DNA of 64,000 bases. It comes from the human T2T-CHM13v2.0 reference genome, Homo sapiens. Both the position numbers and the translations under genes were made by a program. Positions 33,028 through 46,354 of this stretch are shown here, in pieces. How positions within the stretch are numbered: the first letter of the stretch is position 1; each line of letters starts with the position of its first letter. A model generated the notes under the pieces. The model was not told the origin of the DNA and searched no databases. It was given only the letters and a program-made list of their open reading frames with translations. The DNA lies in the NCBI RefSeq assembly GCF_009914755.1, contig NC_060928.1; one strand, 5' to 3'.

Positions 33028-33679
33028 TAGAAATAATTTCATTTTTAAAACTGCTACATGGGCTTAGCGCACACTAACATTTCTGAGCTCCTACAATGTG
33101 CCTAGTACTGTGTGAGGAGAGAAACAATTTTCTCATTTAATAACAACAAAACACTATAATACAAATATTCTCATAAGTACTTCAGAAAAGAATAGAGAAT
33201 CACAAAGTATAAAGTTCTAGCTCTATGATTGTCTGAAGAGCTAATAAGTAGAAATCCAGAATTTGATTGAATGCTAGAGACTCTAAATGCCAGCATATGA
33301 TCTTTGATGCAGCCTATAAAAATTCTGTGGTGTTATATATTACCAAAAAGGAACACTACTTCAAGTTAAAAATAGATTTTATCATTTATGTTTCTGTACT
33401 GGCTAAATGATATATAAGTATTTCCATTTAATGAATATTTCTTGAAAATATTCCACATATTAGCATTGTAATACAAATAATATTTTTAAAGATATAATTA
33501 TCTCCTGTTTTATACATATTCTCCAATGTGCCTGTTATCCTATTTAGCAAAGGCACTCAGGAATGCAAAGAGAAAGAGGGTCAGTGTTCAGCTCTTAATT
33601 TCTAAAAGAGAATCTCAAAGGCCACAGCTGAGAAACATGTCTTAAAAGCCAGAATTTTGGTTTGGTTTGGTTTTGTGTT

Positions 33680-33681
<2 letters not shown>

Positions 33682-33725
<44 letters not shown>
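33682..33725. repeat. (GT)~22 microsatellite
   Basis: Read directly. Confidence 0.97.
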
Positions 33726-33728
<3 letters not shown>

Positions 33729-34252
33729 AAATGAAGCAAGAGTTTCTAAACCTCCAAACCTTTCCTTTACACATCAAAGGCATAGTAGTTAGCAAAGAAT
33801 TAGTAGTCACCAAAGAATTTCACTAAAACCAAGAAGTTGATAGAATTTTGTACATGGGAACATGACATTAGAAAAGATTTCAATGCCTTTTAAAAAAAGA
33901 ATACATGAAAGCCTTTTTAGTGGGAACAAAGCTGGAAGAGTAGGACCTAGGAGAGAGAAGGATCTATAGTCCAGGTGGAGGGGACTAGAGTGAGAATCCT
34001 GCCTAAGGCCCTCAGGAACACAGAGCCCCACACTCTTAGGTGAGGAGTTAGAATCACCAGATAAAAACGCAAGGTAGATAATTGTCTATTCTTTCATCCT
34101 TTTCTCTGAACCCCTCCAGTCCCAATTGCTTCCATGAGTTATTGGATTTGTTTTTAATCTAAACGTTTCTGTGGCTACTGTGGATAAACTCTGAGAAGTC
34201 CTCCCCTGTCCTTTATCCTGCTTGGCTTTATCTGAAGAGGTGCTATGGAGAA

Positions 34253-34578
34253 CAGACAGTCCTCAGTCCCTGAATTTTTATGGTCTGACTTATCTACTTC
34301 ATGGTACCTTTCTACTTTATGATGGTGCAAAACTGCTGCAATTTTCACATAATAGTTGATATTCCATAAATTATGTGAGATATGTAACACACTTTATTGT
34401 AAAATAGGCTTTGTGTTAGATAATTTTGCCCAACTGTAGGCTACTGCAAGTGTTCTGAGCACATTTAAGGTATGTGTTCAATAGGTTAGGTGTATTAAAT
34501 GCATTTTTGACTTGGGATATTTTAATTTACAATGGATTTATCAGGACGTAACCCCATCATAAGTTGAGAAGCCTCTCT
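34253..34578 (-). mobile_element. TcMar-Tigger MITE, MER47A-like
   Basis: aaataggctttgtgttagataattttgcccaactgtaggct...ggacgtaaccccatcataagttgagaagc. Confidence 0.75.
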
Positions 34579-35314
34579 ATATCCTTGTACCACTTTCATA
34601 GCAGCTCAACTTTGGCAAATTTAGAGTCCTCATATTTTGTTTATAGCACACGTTATCAATATTTCTTTAATCTTAGTTTGTAATGTCTTTGAAAATGAGG
34701 ATCTCTAAAAACTTAGAAGAGTTGTGATCTACTTGCTTTTGGTTAGGTCCATTTACCACTTAACCGCATGCAAAGTTCTTTCCTAGATATATTTCTCTGG
34801 TATGACTTTCTTTGCATCCTTGCTCCCTCATTTATGCCTTTTTTATTTTCACGACTCAAAAACATTTCCTTGAAGGATCTCTTAGAAGGTAAAACTGGCC
34901 GGGTATTACTAGAGGGCTGAGTCATAACAAACCCTTACTTTTCAAAGCCTCTTCAAGTCTCAGCTTACATTGCTTGGAATCAGTAAGTGGTTTCTCTTTG
35001 TAACTCTTCAAGGCACCAAATTTCTAAACTTTCTCTCTTCTCCCTTGTATGTCTGCTTGCAAACTAGCAAGTTATTTACTGAGCTTATCTCTTTCTTGTA
35101 ATAGATGACTAAAAGCATAAAGTAAATGCCATTTCTCAAGCTCACAGGAAGACCAGAACAGGTGCTACCGATCAGAGTGCATTTCCCTTCCAAGAAGTGA
35201 TCCAGAGACTTAGTCTCCTTCCACCGTTACAACTGGCTTTTAAGTTTATCATGTCTGTCTTCAACCCAGGGAAGCAGAAAGAGAATAGAGGTTTCTTCAC
35301 AGAAGTGTTCATGA

Positions 35315-36039
<725 letters not shown>

Positions 36040-39000
36040 CTATTCTGAGGATTTTCATCTGTAGGATTATCCATGTCAGTGGAGAAAAGATAATTTGGTT
36101 TTTCATAGTACAAACTGAAGCGTCTGGTAAAATGTAGGTATAAGCTCATTTTAATTTGTAACAGAAGTTGAAGTCATTTGCAGAAAAATACATTTTCAAT
36201 AATAATTACTATTTTAAAATAATCTCGATTGACAAGATGCCAATTGAATATTTTCTTTTACATTTTATAAGATTAATTTTAATTAAAATTTTTTCTCAAT
36301 TTAAAAGGTAATTTTACAATAATGTTGCTACAATAATATAAATTAAAGCAACAGTTTCCACTCAGAGATTCTTCTTGGCACAGGTATTGCCCCTAACAGA
36401 GTGAAGCCAACAGTTCCATTATAAGCCATTATAAATCCTAATATCAAACAAGTTTTTATTGCTTTAGTAGGAAGAAAATTATTTTCCTAAGGACTTTATT
36501 TAATTCCATTAGGACTGCATCACAGCCAAATCCTGCTTCTGTTCCCTCCCTCCCATAGGTGTTGATCCCAAGAACATTCCATAATTAACAGGCTGGATGC
36601 CGATCTCCGTCTCAAAGTCATCTTCCCAGGAAACCCAACTGGCAATATCCCCTCTGTGTAGAGATGAGGAGACTTAAGCTTAGAGAGGTTAAGTGGTGTG
36701 CCTGACATTACAGGTCTACTTAATGAAAGGGCTGACATGAAGTCAGGCCTAGATGCACTATACCTCTGCTGTTGAATTGTACTGCTCCTATCTCCAACCC
36801 CATTTGGTTCCACTCCAATTCTACTTCTATTTGGTAAAATGTCAACGATCAAAACTCAAATCCTCTTAGCATTTCTGCACCTCTTTAAAGGTTGAGCTAT
36901 AAACCACCTAAAATAACTGACATCTAAGAATTAGGATCACAGTGTATTTTTATAAAGTAAGCATTCTTGTATTTCAAGGGAAAACACAAGTTCCGAAAAT
37001 GAAACATGAGGGAAAATAAATCACAAGTGAAAAAATAATCAATGAATGGTGACTTTTGGATGTAATAGGGCAATCAATTTTATTCCCAATTGTAGTTATT
37101 TTTTTCCTAAAATTAAACAATGATGCTTTATTAATGATAGGGTGTGTACATGAGTACGAGTATTTGTATATATAATATCGTTTGTGTAGATATACATATA
37201 TTTTAAAATAACACACAATATTTTATCACTGGTTTTTACCTAATTTAGATTATGAATGAACAGGATGAACTATTACTTTTTTTTAAAGATAACATCAACT
37301 TGAATTTTTAATTTGATTTTCCTTCTTATATATGTCATTAAAATTTTCAAAAAATGTAGCACCTATAAATTTCTAGAATTACATGTAGGAATAGTTCAGA
37401 TTTTTATTGCTTCCACACACAACTTTATTTCCTAGTTTTATCTTAACAGAAAAAGCTAATCCTGTATACTGCAGACAGGACAGAATCAACATTCTATTGC
37501 TTGTGTTTTAAGTTTAGAGTTTTAGGCTTTTGGCTCCTAATAGGCATAAAGGTCTTCTCCAAACCATGATTCAGGACCCAAGACTCTTTTCCGTTTGTGG
37601 TTCCACCAAAAGTGTTACTTCTTAAGTTTGATTTCTAGAATTGGAACATTAAATATATGTATGAGTATTTAACCTTGGAACAGCACTTAAGTATAGTAAA
37701 ATTTTCCTTTCAACATAGAATACCAAAAAGTGTGGGTGAATCAAGGCTTACATTTTATAAGAAGCCAAGGAAAATTAATAAAGTTTACTTTAACATTATA
37801 TACTTACAAAGTTTCACAGTACATTTTCCTTAAAATATAAAATACACAAAAATACAATAATACATATTTCATAAAGATTATTTAACTCATAATAGAAAAT
37901 GGAGGTACCAAACTATTAAAAACTTAATATAATCTCCTTTAATAATAGTCTCTTCGAAAATCAGAAGTTCCGTGATAATTTATACTGTTAGTAAAATGTA
38001 TGAGTTCTCTTAGATTGTTAAATAGTTCAAAGATTTTCTATTGGCTTCTCACTTCTACATTAATGGCTTCTCAGTTTGGAACCACTGACTTAGGATTTGG
38101 ATCAGTAAATTCAGAAAATTGGAAAAGATATAAAGTGAATAATGGGATTGTAAAAGTCCATCACTTCTCTTGATCATTGTCTGTGGTGTACACCATTTCA
38201 GAGAGAATCTGTCAAGATATTTTACAAAAAGAAATGGAGTTTTCTTCTAAAGGGAGGTGAAATTTGGAGCTGGTGAGTTCCTAGTGGGTAACTGTGGGGC
38301 ACCATAGTGTAATCAAATCTCTCCCATCAGTTTTGTATCTTTGGATTTATCATTTAACCTTTATGAGATTCAGGTTTTTACTCTGTAAATTAAAGGATAT
38401 GAGCTCATCCTTCTTTCAATTCCTTTCCAAAACAAATATTCTCCAATTCTTTGGTTGTTATAATCAGGTCCTCTACCTCCCTATGCATCTTCACTTTTAG
38501 AATCAAAGGAAAGATGACCCATGGTTTTCATATTTTTAACATCACTAAAATTCAGACACACCCATTTTTTTTGAATTAATAGAGACTGGGGTAATTGGAG
38601 CATAGGAGCCTTAGGTTCTTGTGAAATGGCAAGTGTTAAAAATCATTGTCATATTTTCCAGAAGACAAGATCATTTACTTTATCTATAAAGTGTTTCCTG
38701 ACAGGATGATTTCTAATAAGGAAACAACTGAGCTGGAACACATTCTTCTTGAAAACTAATGCCAATTATTAAACTGGCTCACAATGCTTCCTGCATGCTT
38801 TTATTACACAGATTTATGAAAGATCTAATTATCTGTCAAATAATGAAAAATTAGTCACTTAGAGATTAATTAATCAATATGTGCAAATCACACTGGAGAT
38901 GATAAACGTTTTCAGGAAGAGAAAGAATGGAAACTACCTAATGGATACTTACTGCTTACCTTGGCTTTCAGAATTCTCTTATGACAGTTTCTTGAACCCG

Positions 39001-39764
39001 TACAATGAGGCCTCTGGGAGTGTTATGGCCAACAGCTTTCAATAATCATCTGTAATCAATTCATCGCCTCCAAATATTTTCACCCACATCTTAGTTCTTT
39101 TCATTTCTTTCCTTCCCATGTTTATCATGCCCTTAAACTAAATTCTGTACTCATTTATGCCATTTTCTGGTACTTACATCAATTAAACATACCATGTGGC
39201 CGTCTCAGGCCCTTTACATGACAAAGCCAGCTTGACTCTGCCTTTGTCAAAGCCAAATCACAATCTTACTTATTCACATTGTTTAAATCCACCAGTGTGC
39301 TTAAAGTGCTCTTGGTAATTAGCTGCATAGGAAAATAAACAGATAGGCACCATTTCAGGTTAAATGTCCAAAACAATTATCTTTCCAAACAATATTTCAG
39401 ATATGTAAAGTTGCAGAAAATTCTTAAATATCTCTCACAAACTTTGCAAAGGCAGGAGCTTACTTAGCTATAGAAGCTGAAGATCACTAAGAAAATATCA
39501 ATAATCCAGAAAATCTTCCCACATCCACTGATGCATCTTTGAAGTCTGCTATCTAAAGTTATTTCTTTACTTTTCCAATTAACATTTCTTGAATGCCTAC
39601 CATGTGCCAAGCATGATTTTAGATAATTGGGAATTATTGGTGTACAGAAGAGATAAAGATCCCAGCCAGCCCTTAAGATGCTTACATTCTAGCAAGAGAA
39701 TATGGACAATTAAACATAAATTTAATAAATAGGTGGATTATATAAAATATTAGAAGGTTGATGA

Positions 39765-40131
<367 letters not shown>

Positions 40132-40669
40132 GCCATATTATATAGATTGGTCAGAGTAGGCCTCATTGAGAAGATGAGATTTGAGCAAAAATATGGATAA
40201 AAGAATGAGTTAACAAATAAATCAATGTGATAGGATGTTCCAAGTAAAGGGTATAGCTAGAGAAAAATGTAAGGTAAGAAAAGCTAATGGGTATGAGGGA
40301 TAGACACAAGGCCAGTTGGTAGCCTCTGAGCAAGCAAAGGAAATGTACTATAATAGTAAATGAATTCAGAGAAGTAGCACGTGGTAAGATTATGTCAAAT
40401 CCTGAAGCCATTTTAAGGACTTTGGCTTTTCCTTTGAGTGAAATGGATGAGAGGTAAGTCATTGCTGGGTCTTTAGTGAAGGAACGTGGTTTTATGCTTT
40501 AAAATATTCACAATAGCTGCTATATTGAGAAAAGACTACAGGGAGCCAAAGGTAGAAACAGAAGCCTGTAAGGAGGCTGCTTCAGCAGTAAAGCTAGCTG
40601 TAATGTTACCTCGGACCCATAGGAGAGCATTGGCAGTGGTGATAAGTGCCCAGTTTCTGGATGTATTTT

Positions 40670-41704
40670 AGATAGCAGCAGGAGACAGACAAATCTTTAG
40701 GCAGACAGGGATGGTAAAACCCAACCTTCACACCAAAGACAGTTTAAAGCTGAAAACCCATCTACAAGTCTCAGATAAATCCACAGACCGGATTGGGAAC
40801 CCCTCTTCCCATGTGAGGTGCTTTCCTCTGGTTGATCCCCAGCCTTCACCTATTTTACACATTCCTACCCTTCCCTAATTGGTTTTTTACACTGTTGCGC
40901 CCATCTTTGAGTGGTGCCTTTTTTTTAGCCTTTTTGCGTCCTAACAAACCAATCAGCACATACCCCCCCATTCTGAGCCCATAAAAACGCTGGACTCAGT
41001 CAGAGCAGGGGATTGCCCACCTTCGGGTGGTGGGGGAGGAACTACCTGACTTTGGGTAAGGGGGCTGCCCAACTTGGGTCTCCCTCTTTGCTGAGAGCTG
41101 TTTCTTCACTCACTAAAACCCTTCACCTTGCTCACCCACTGACTGTCAGTGTAACCTCATTCTCCTTGGATGTGGGACAAAAACTTGGGACCTGCCAAAC
41201 AGTGAGTGTGAATAGAGCTGTAGCCCTGTAGCACTCCCTTCCCACTCACCAAGCAACAGGAAAAGTAGCTGCTTGGCTCCACATGCCCCCTTTAGTCAGG
41301 CTGTCGATGGTGGAACTAAAAGAGCTGTTAACACACCCCTATTCACCTGGAGTCTCCAAGTTTTCAGGCACCACCATGTCCCCTTTGTCTGGACATTGGA
41401 GTCACTTGTGACATGCCTGGTCCAGCCACAAGCCCCACATGGAGCCCGCACCTATGCCAGCAATTGGAACAGCCAGCTGGACCCCATGCTCACTCGCTCA
41501 CACATCCCCTCACTCTGCGGGCTGAGTGCGCAGTCACAGTGGCCACAGGATCCAGGCCAGGTGGCAAGGCAAATGCAGCCCAACAGGCTGAATGGGCAGG
41601 GTACCTCCTGCCACAAGCCCAGGGCGAGCAAGGCCCAGGCAGGAGCATTGCCAGCCACAGAGGTCTCCAACTGGCAAAACGCACAGAAAAAAAATCCTGT
41701 GTCA
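40670..41704 (+). mobile_element. ~1.03-kb ERV1 solo LTR, LTR28-like, sense to ANXA10 in intron 6
   Basis: (t>a)gatagcagcaggagacagacaaatctttaggcagac ... aaaaatcctgtgtca; tttt flanks; CCAAT at ~40949 and a cataaaaa TATA-like element at ~40980. Confidence 0.75.
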
Positions 41705-43759
41705 TTTTGAAGGCAGTGTCTATATTATTTCCTGAGGAACTGGATGTGGGCTATGAAAAGGCCGAAGAAAAACGGAATCAAATGTGACTCTCAGTTTCTT
41801 AGTCTGAGCAACAGAAAGGATGAAGTGCAGTGTGGAAGACTGAGACTATAGAAAGAGTTTGAGGTGGAGGGAGTCGAGGCATTGAATTTTCAACATGCTA
41901 AACCTGATATGTATATTAGAAAATCAAGTGGAGATGCTGAATTGGCAATTGGAATATACATATCTGAAGTTCAGATGACAGATCTTTGCTAGAGATGTAA
42001 ATAAATAAATGGGTAAGACAAATGGGTATCATTACAATATAGATGGAATTTAAAGCCACATGAGTAGATAACATTATCAAGAGAAGAAATGTAAATACAG
42101 ACAAAAAGATGATCAAAGACTGACTACTTGGACCTTCCAAAATTAAGAGATCGAAAAGAAGAGAAACCAGTTCACAAGACTGAGGAGTAACCAATAAAAT
42201 GAAATAGATTGCAGGATCCTGGAAGCCAAGTGATGAAAGTATAGCAAGAAGAAGAGAGTGTCGATTATACCAAATCCTACTGATCGATTCAATAAGATGA
42301 AGACTAAGAATTACCACAAATGTATGTTATTAAATAAATGGCATGTAGTCACAGAAGATATAGCATATTAATTGCTTCCAATTATTTGTTTCTTGGTATT
42401 AATTAAAATCATAAGAGAGAATTTGAAAGGGAGCCAGAACATATTGTGTAAAAATAAGTTATTTAGGCTAAGGGAAGAGTATGGTAACCAGACCTCAGAG
42501 TCAGAAATGCCACTGATATTTCATACACATTCTTCTCTAACAATCAGACCTTGGGCAATTCACTTAATATCTCTAATTTTTATCTCCAAAATATGAGGTG
42601 GGACTCCTAAGGTACCTGCACCTCAACATTTCCATGATTTGAAGATAACACCCATAGTCCTACCACTCAATAACATTATTCACTCCTTTATTTTAATACA
42701 CAGATTTCAAAATAAGAATTGCATATGTGCAGTCTTAGTCTCTTGGTATTTTAAGCAAAGGAAATTGAGCAAGAAGAAATGTGACTGACAAACTCATGCC
42801 TATTTCCCATCAGTTGTTCACCTTTAGGGGACATACAACTTTTAAGTTATGATTAAACATTAAATGTTCCAGGGCTACACATTTATGCAAAAATGGTAGC
42901 TTACTTATTTCTTTGTGAATAAATTGCACTTTCTCATATGCCTCTAGCTTTTTGTTATCAAGAAAAACAGCCCTAATATTTAATCTAAAATGGCAAATTT
43001 CATCTGTGTGATACTTTGAATAGTGAATGTGGGTGCACGTTCAATGTCATTCATACTTTTATTGGGTTAAGTATTTGACTCTCAGATTTCTGGCCATCCT
43101 CCTCCTTTCTTTCCAAGAAGGCAATTGGTAGAGAGATGTGTGTGTGTGTGGTTAATGAACTACCTTGGCAACAGGAAGGTCACCACTGTGTCCTTAGATC
43201 AAGATATTGCCTGCATTTTGGCTGATCTTGACTATGGAATAGCAATTCTTGGCAATTCTGGACATTGAATATATGAGGTGTCAATGACCAGCATATGGGC
43301 ATTTATCAGTGTTAGCTGCCAAGATAAGCCACTGATTTAATTTATGATCTTTTCTCTGTCTTACTTAGGTCAGAGCCAAACTGACCAGTTTGGTCAGAGA
43401 AACCTTTCATGATGATTTAGCCTCACCTTTACTCTCACGGGAGCTGAAGACTCCCCCAAAGGTCTAGCTGTGTCTCCCACATAGTTCAAATCAATGTGGT
43501 CTATCCTGTAGCCCTTGGCTGCTGGAACACTGTCCCTGCCATGGTCATAAACAACTCAATCTGGCAAGCTTCCCCACAGGTTCTCAGCTAGATTGCAAGT
43601 TCCTCCATCAGGAACCGGTAAGAAATTTGGGATCCCATTCATACTATTTAGGGACTGAGGTTTATTCAAGGAAGTTGTGTTTAAGACCTCTCTGTGCCCT
43701 CTTGCTGTCTCACTGGATTCACTGCACTGTGGCTATTCCCAGTATCCTAAAAGATGACA

Positions 43760-44053
43760 GGACTAGGCACAGTGGCTCATGCCTGTAACCCCAACATTTT
43801 GAGAGGCTGAGACGGAAGAATCACTTGAGGCCAGGAGTTCAAGACCAGCCTTGTCAACATGGCGAGATCCTCTTTTTGAGAAAAAAAAAAAATTAGCCAC
43901 GCATAGTGGCACACGCCTGCAGTCCAAGCTACTCGGGAGGCTGAGGCAGGAGGATTGCTTGAGTCCAGGAGGTCAAGGTTACAGTGAACTATGATCATGC
44001 CACTGCATTCTAACCTGTGGAATGGAGCAAGGCCCTGTCTCAAAAAAAGAAAA
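43760..44053 (+). mobile_element. AluJ
   Basis: ggattgcttgagtccaggaggtcaaggttacagtgaactatgatcatgcc, which is AluJ-diagnostic. Confidence 0.93.
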
Positions 44054-44781
44054 ATGGTAGAAGCAGAAGCTACTGTACTTTCAGTGTTCTCTTAACATAG
44101 TTGGAGCAAGGAGAAAGCCTCCCCTCCATATCTTGACCCAAAAGAAACAGTTAATTAGACTGATAACATGCCTCCCTACCTCCTTCTCCCCACTGGCCCT
44201 CATAACCCTCAGGAATCAATGGACCCTGCATTGGTTAGCGCCCCTTCCCTCCTGTTTGAAATGATCAACTGGACCATGTCTGTTCTCTAAATGATAATGG
44301 AGTGAGAGTTAAACAGATTTACAAAATATTCTCACTCCACAAAGTCTGAGCTTCATTACTATTTTGTTGTTGTATAAATCCTATTGTGCAAGTCAGAGAT
44401 GGACTTTCTCTGCATTTTTGCTCTAACAATGTTAACACTCATTTCTAACACCCACTGCCATGGTCAGGCAGTGGATACTCAGTTTGATAAGGGAGAAGAT
44501 ACTGCACAGAGACTTGGAAAACTGAAAAATGCCTAAATGTCTTTCAAACATTACCAGTGCTGCAAAGAAAAGGTAAAATAAAATAATGCACATTTTAAGA
44601 CAAAACCTTATACACTATCTTCTAAAGTATTCATGAAATCAGGAAATGAACACTTACTCCAGATAATAAAAGAAGTTCCTTAGGAACAATCAGAATGTTT
44701 TTCAAGGATTTCAGTCTCACTAATCCAATATGAGTTGCTGACTAAGAACATTTACATGGAAAACCTGTGCTTACTTTACAG

Positions 44782-44835
44782 GGGACCAGAGAGGAAGGAT
44801 ATACGGACCCTGCGATGGCTGCTCAGGATGCAATG
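44782..44835 (+). CDS. ANXA10: Annexin A10 exon 7 (54 nt): GTREEGYTDPAMAAQDAM
   Basis: ttactttacag acceptor and gtaact donor; annexin GxRxE linker into repeat III. Confidence 0.95.
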
Positions 44836-44931
44836 GTAACTAGAACCAGTTCTCAGACTGACTGCAAAGAACCTGGGTTAAAATGGGCTGGAGTGGTTCT
44901 GATGCTACTTCTCTGCTGGCTAATGTTCCAG

Positions 44932-45025
44932 GTCCTATGGGAAGCCTGTCAGCAGAAGACGGGGGAGCACAAAACCATGCTGCAAATGATCCTGTGCAAC
45001 AAGAGCTACCAGCAGCTGCGGCTGG
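44932..45025 (+). CDS. ANXA10: Annexin A10 exon 8 (94 nt): VLWEACQQKTGEHKTMLQMILCNKSYQQLRL(V)
   Basis: gttccag acceptor and gtaatt donor; repeat III sequence. Confidence 0.95.
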
Positions 45026-46258
45026 GTAATTATTAACTGGGTTTCGTTCCAGCTACTTGACCAATTATATAACAAAAAGAAGGTGGTTAACTAGAAACAA
45101 AAATGAAATATTACAAGGAAATAGCGGAAAGTCAGTTATCTCAAAGGTACTTATTTTGAATTTTGTTTATAAGATGTGCCTTATTTAATGACATTACTAA
45201 GGAATAAATATTTCCTTAATATTTTTTCCAATAACTTTCAAAAACTGAGCATTTTAAAAATAATCTCTGTATTTGATGGAGTACTTATTCAAATATATTA
45301 GCTGTTTCCTATTAGGTATATTATATGTTGTCTTGCAAAATGCATAGTAAATATAGTTTAACCAGTCAATACTGCATCAAGGCCATTAGTATTGATGTCA
45401 TGATTTCTGCAATATCGACGGAATCTTATTGGTCTTAGAGGGTGCACTCATGTTAGTTTGCCCTTTGTTTGACATTCCCTAAACTACAGTGTCTTTTTCT
45501 TTTATTAAAAAAAATTTTGTTTTTTTCTATATAAAGTACGCAAATGGCTGAAAATTTTCAACAGATGGCCTACCCTACCCCAATCCCACATCTAGACTTT
45601 ACAAGTCAATAAGAGACATTACCTGTCTTAATGATAATCATAATAATAATAATGAAAAGACATCTTCTTGCTTCTAATTTTCAGTAAGAATGGATGAGAA
45701 CTAAAGTTGCCTGGGGTAGTCAGATAACTAAGTTCGTGAAATAAAGAATCTTAATTTAACACAATTCTAAATTAGTAAACCCTAGTCTACACCCAAAAAG
45801 TTGATTTCATATTTCTCAGAATATTCTTTATAGATACTTTGCTATTTTAATCATCACAGAGAGGACTTTTACACTTAATTCTCATATTTAAGCTCTAGTA
45901 GGAAGTTTGCTGCTGACATAAGCCTATTATATATGTCCTAAATAACTGGTCCATAAATAATGGCTTGTTGTGTGCTTCCTCTCAATTTAAATCAGCAGTG
46001 AGTTAGTGGGTCCCACTGGAGGTGGCATTTGTTCCCCAGGAGAAGAGAATAATAACAGGTCTTTGAAGTTCAAGATTTATGCTGACTCTACTAAGAGTAT
46101 TTGTATTTGTTTCAATGGTATTTATAGCAAACAGAATTGATAACAGTAGTACTTTTAATTATTTTATGGAAAATATGGATTTTTACTATGTGTAACAATC
46201 TAATATTTGTATTATAATATTTTCAAAATCTCCTTTGAATTACATCAATTTGTTAAAG

Positions 46259-46354
46259 TTTTCCAGGAATTTCAAAATATTTCTGGGCAAGATATGGTAG
46301 ATGCCATTAATGAATGTTATGATGGATACTTTCAGGAGCTGCTGGTTGCAATTG
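46259..46354 (+). CDS. ANXA10: Annexin A10 exon 9 (96 nt): (V)FQEFQNISGQDMVDAINECYDGYFQELLVAI(V)
   Basis: The frame requires the AAG acceptor (tgttaaag); gtaagt donor. Confidence 0.94.

Noticed and set aside
41273-41787. Overlapping 124-145-aa ORFs
   Set aside because: They lie in the GC-rich part of a solo LTR, have no recognisable domain, and are expected from low stop density
44767-45036. 89-aa ORF as a standalone gene
   Set aside because: It is ANXA10 exon 7 + intron 7 + exon 8 read through from a non-ATG start in the acceptor region
46013-46027. ccactggaggtggca as a CTCF site
   Set aside because: Wrong spacing and several mismatches at high-information positions
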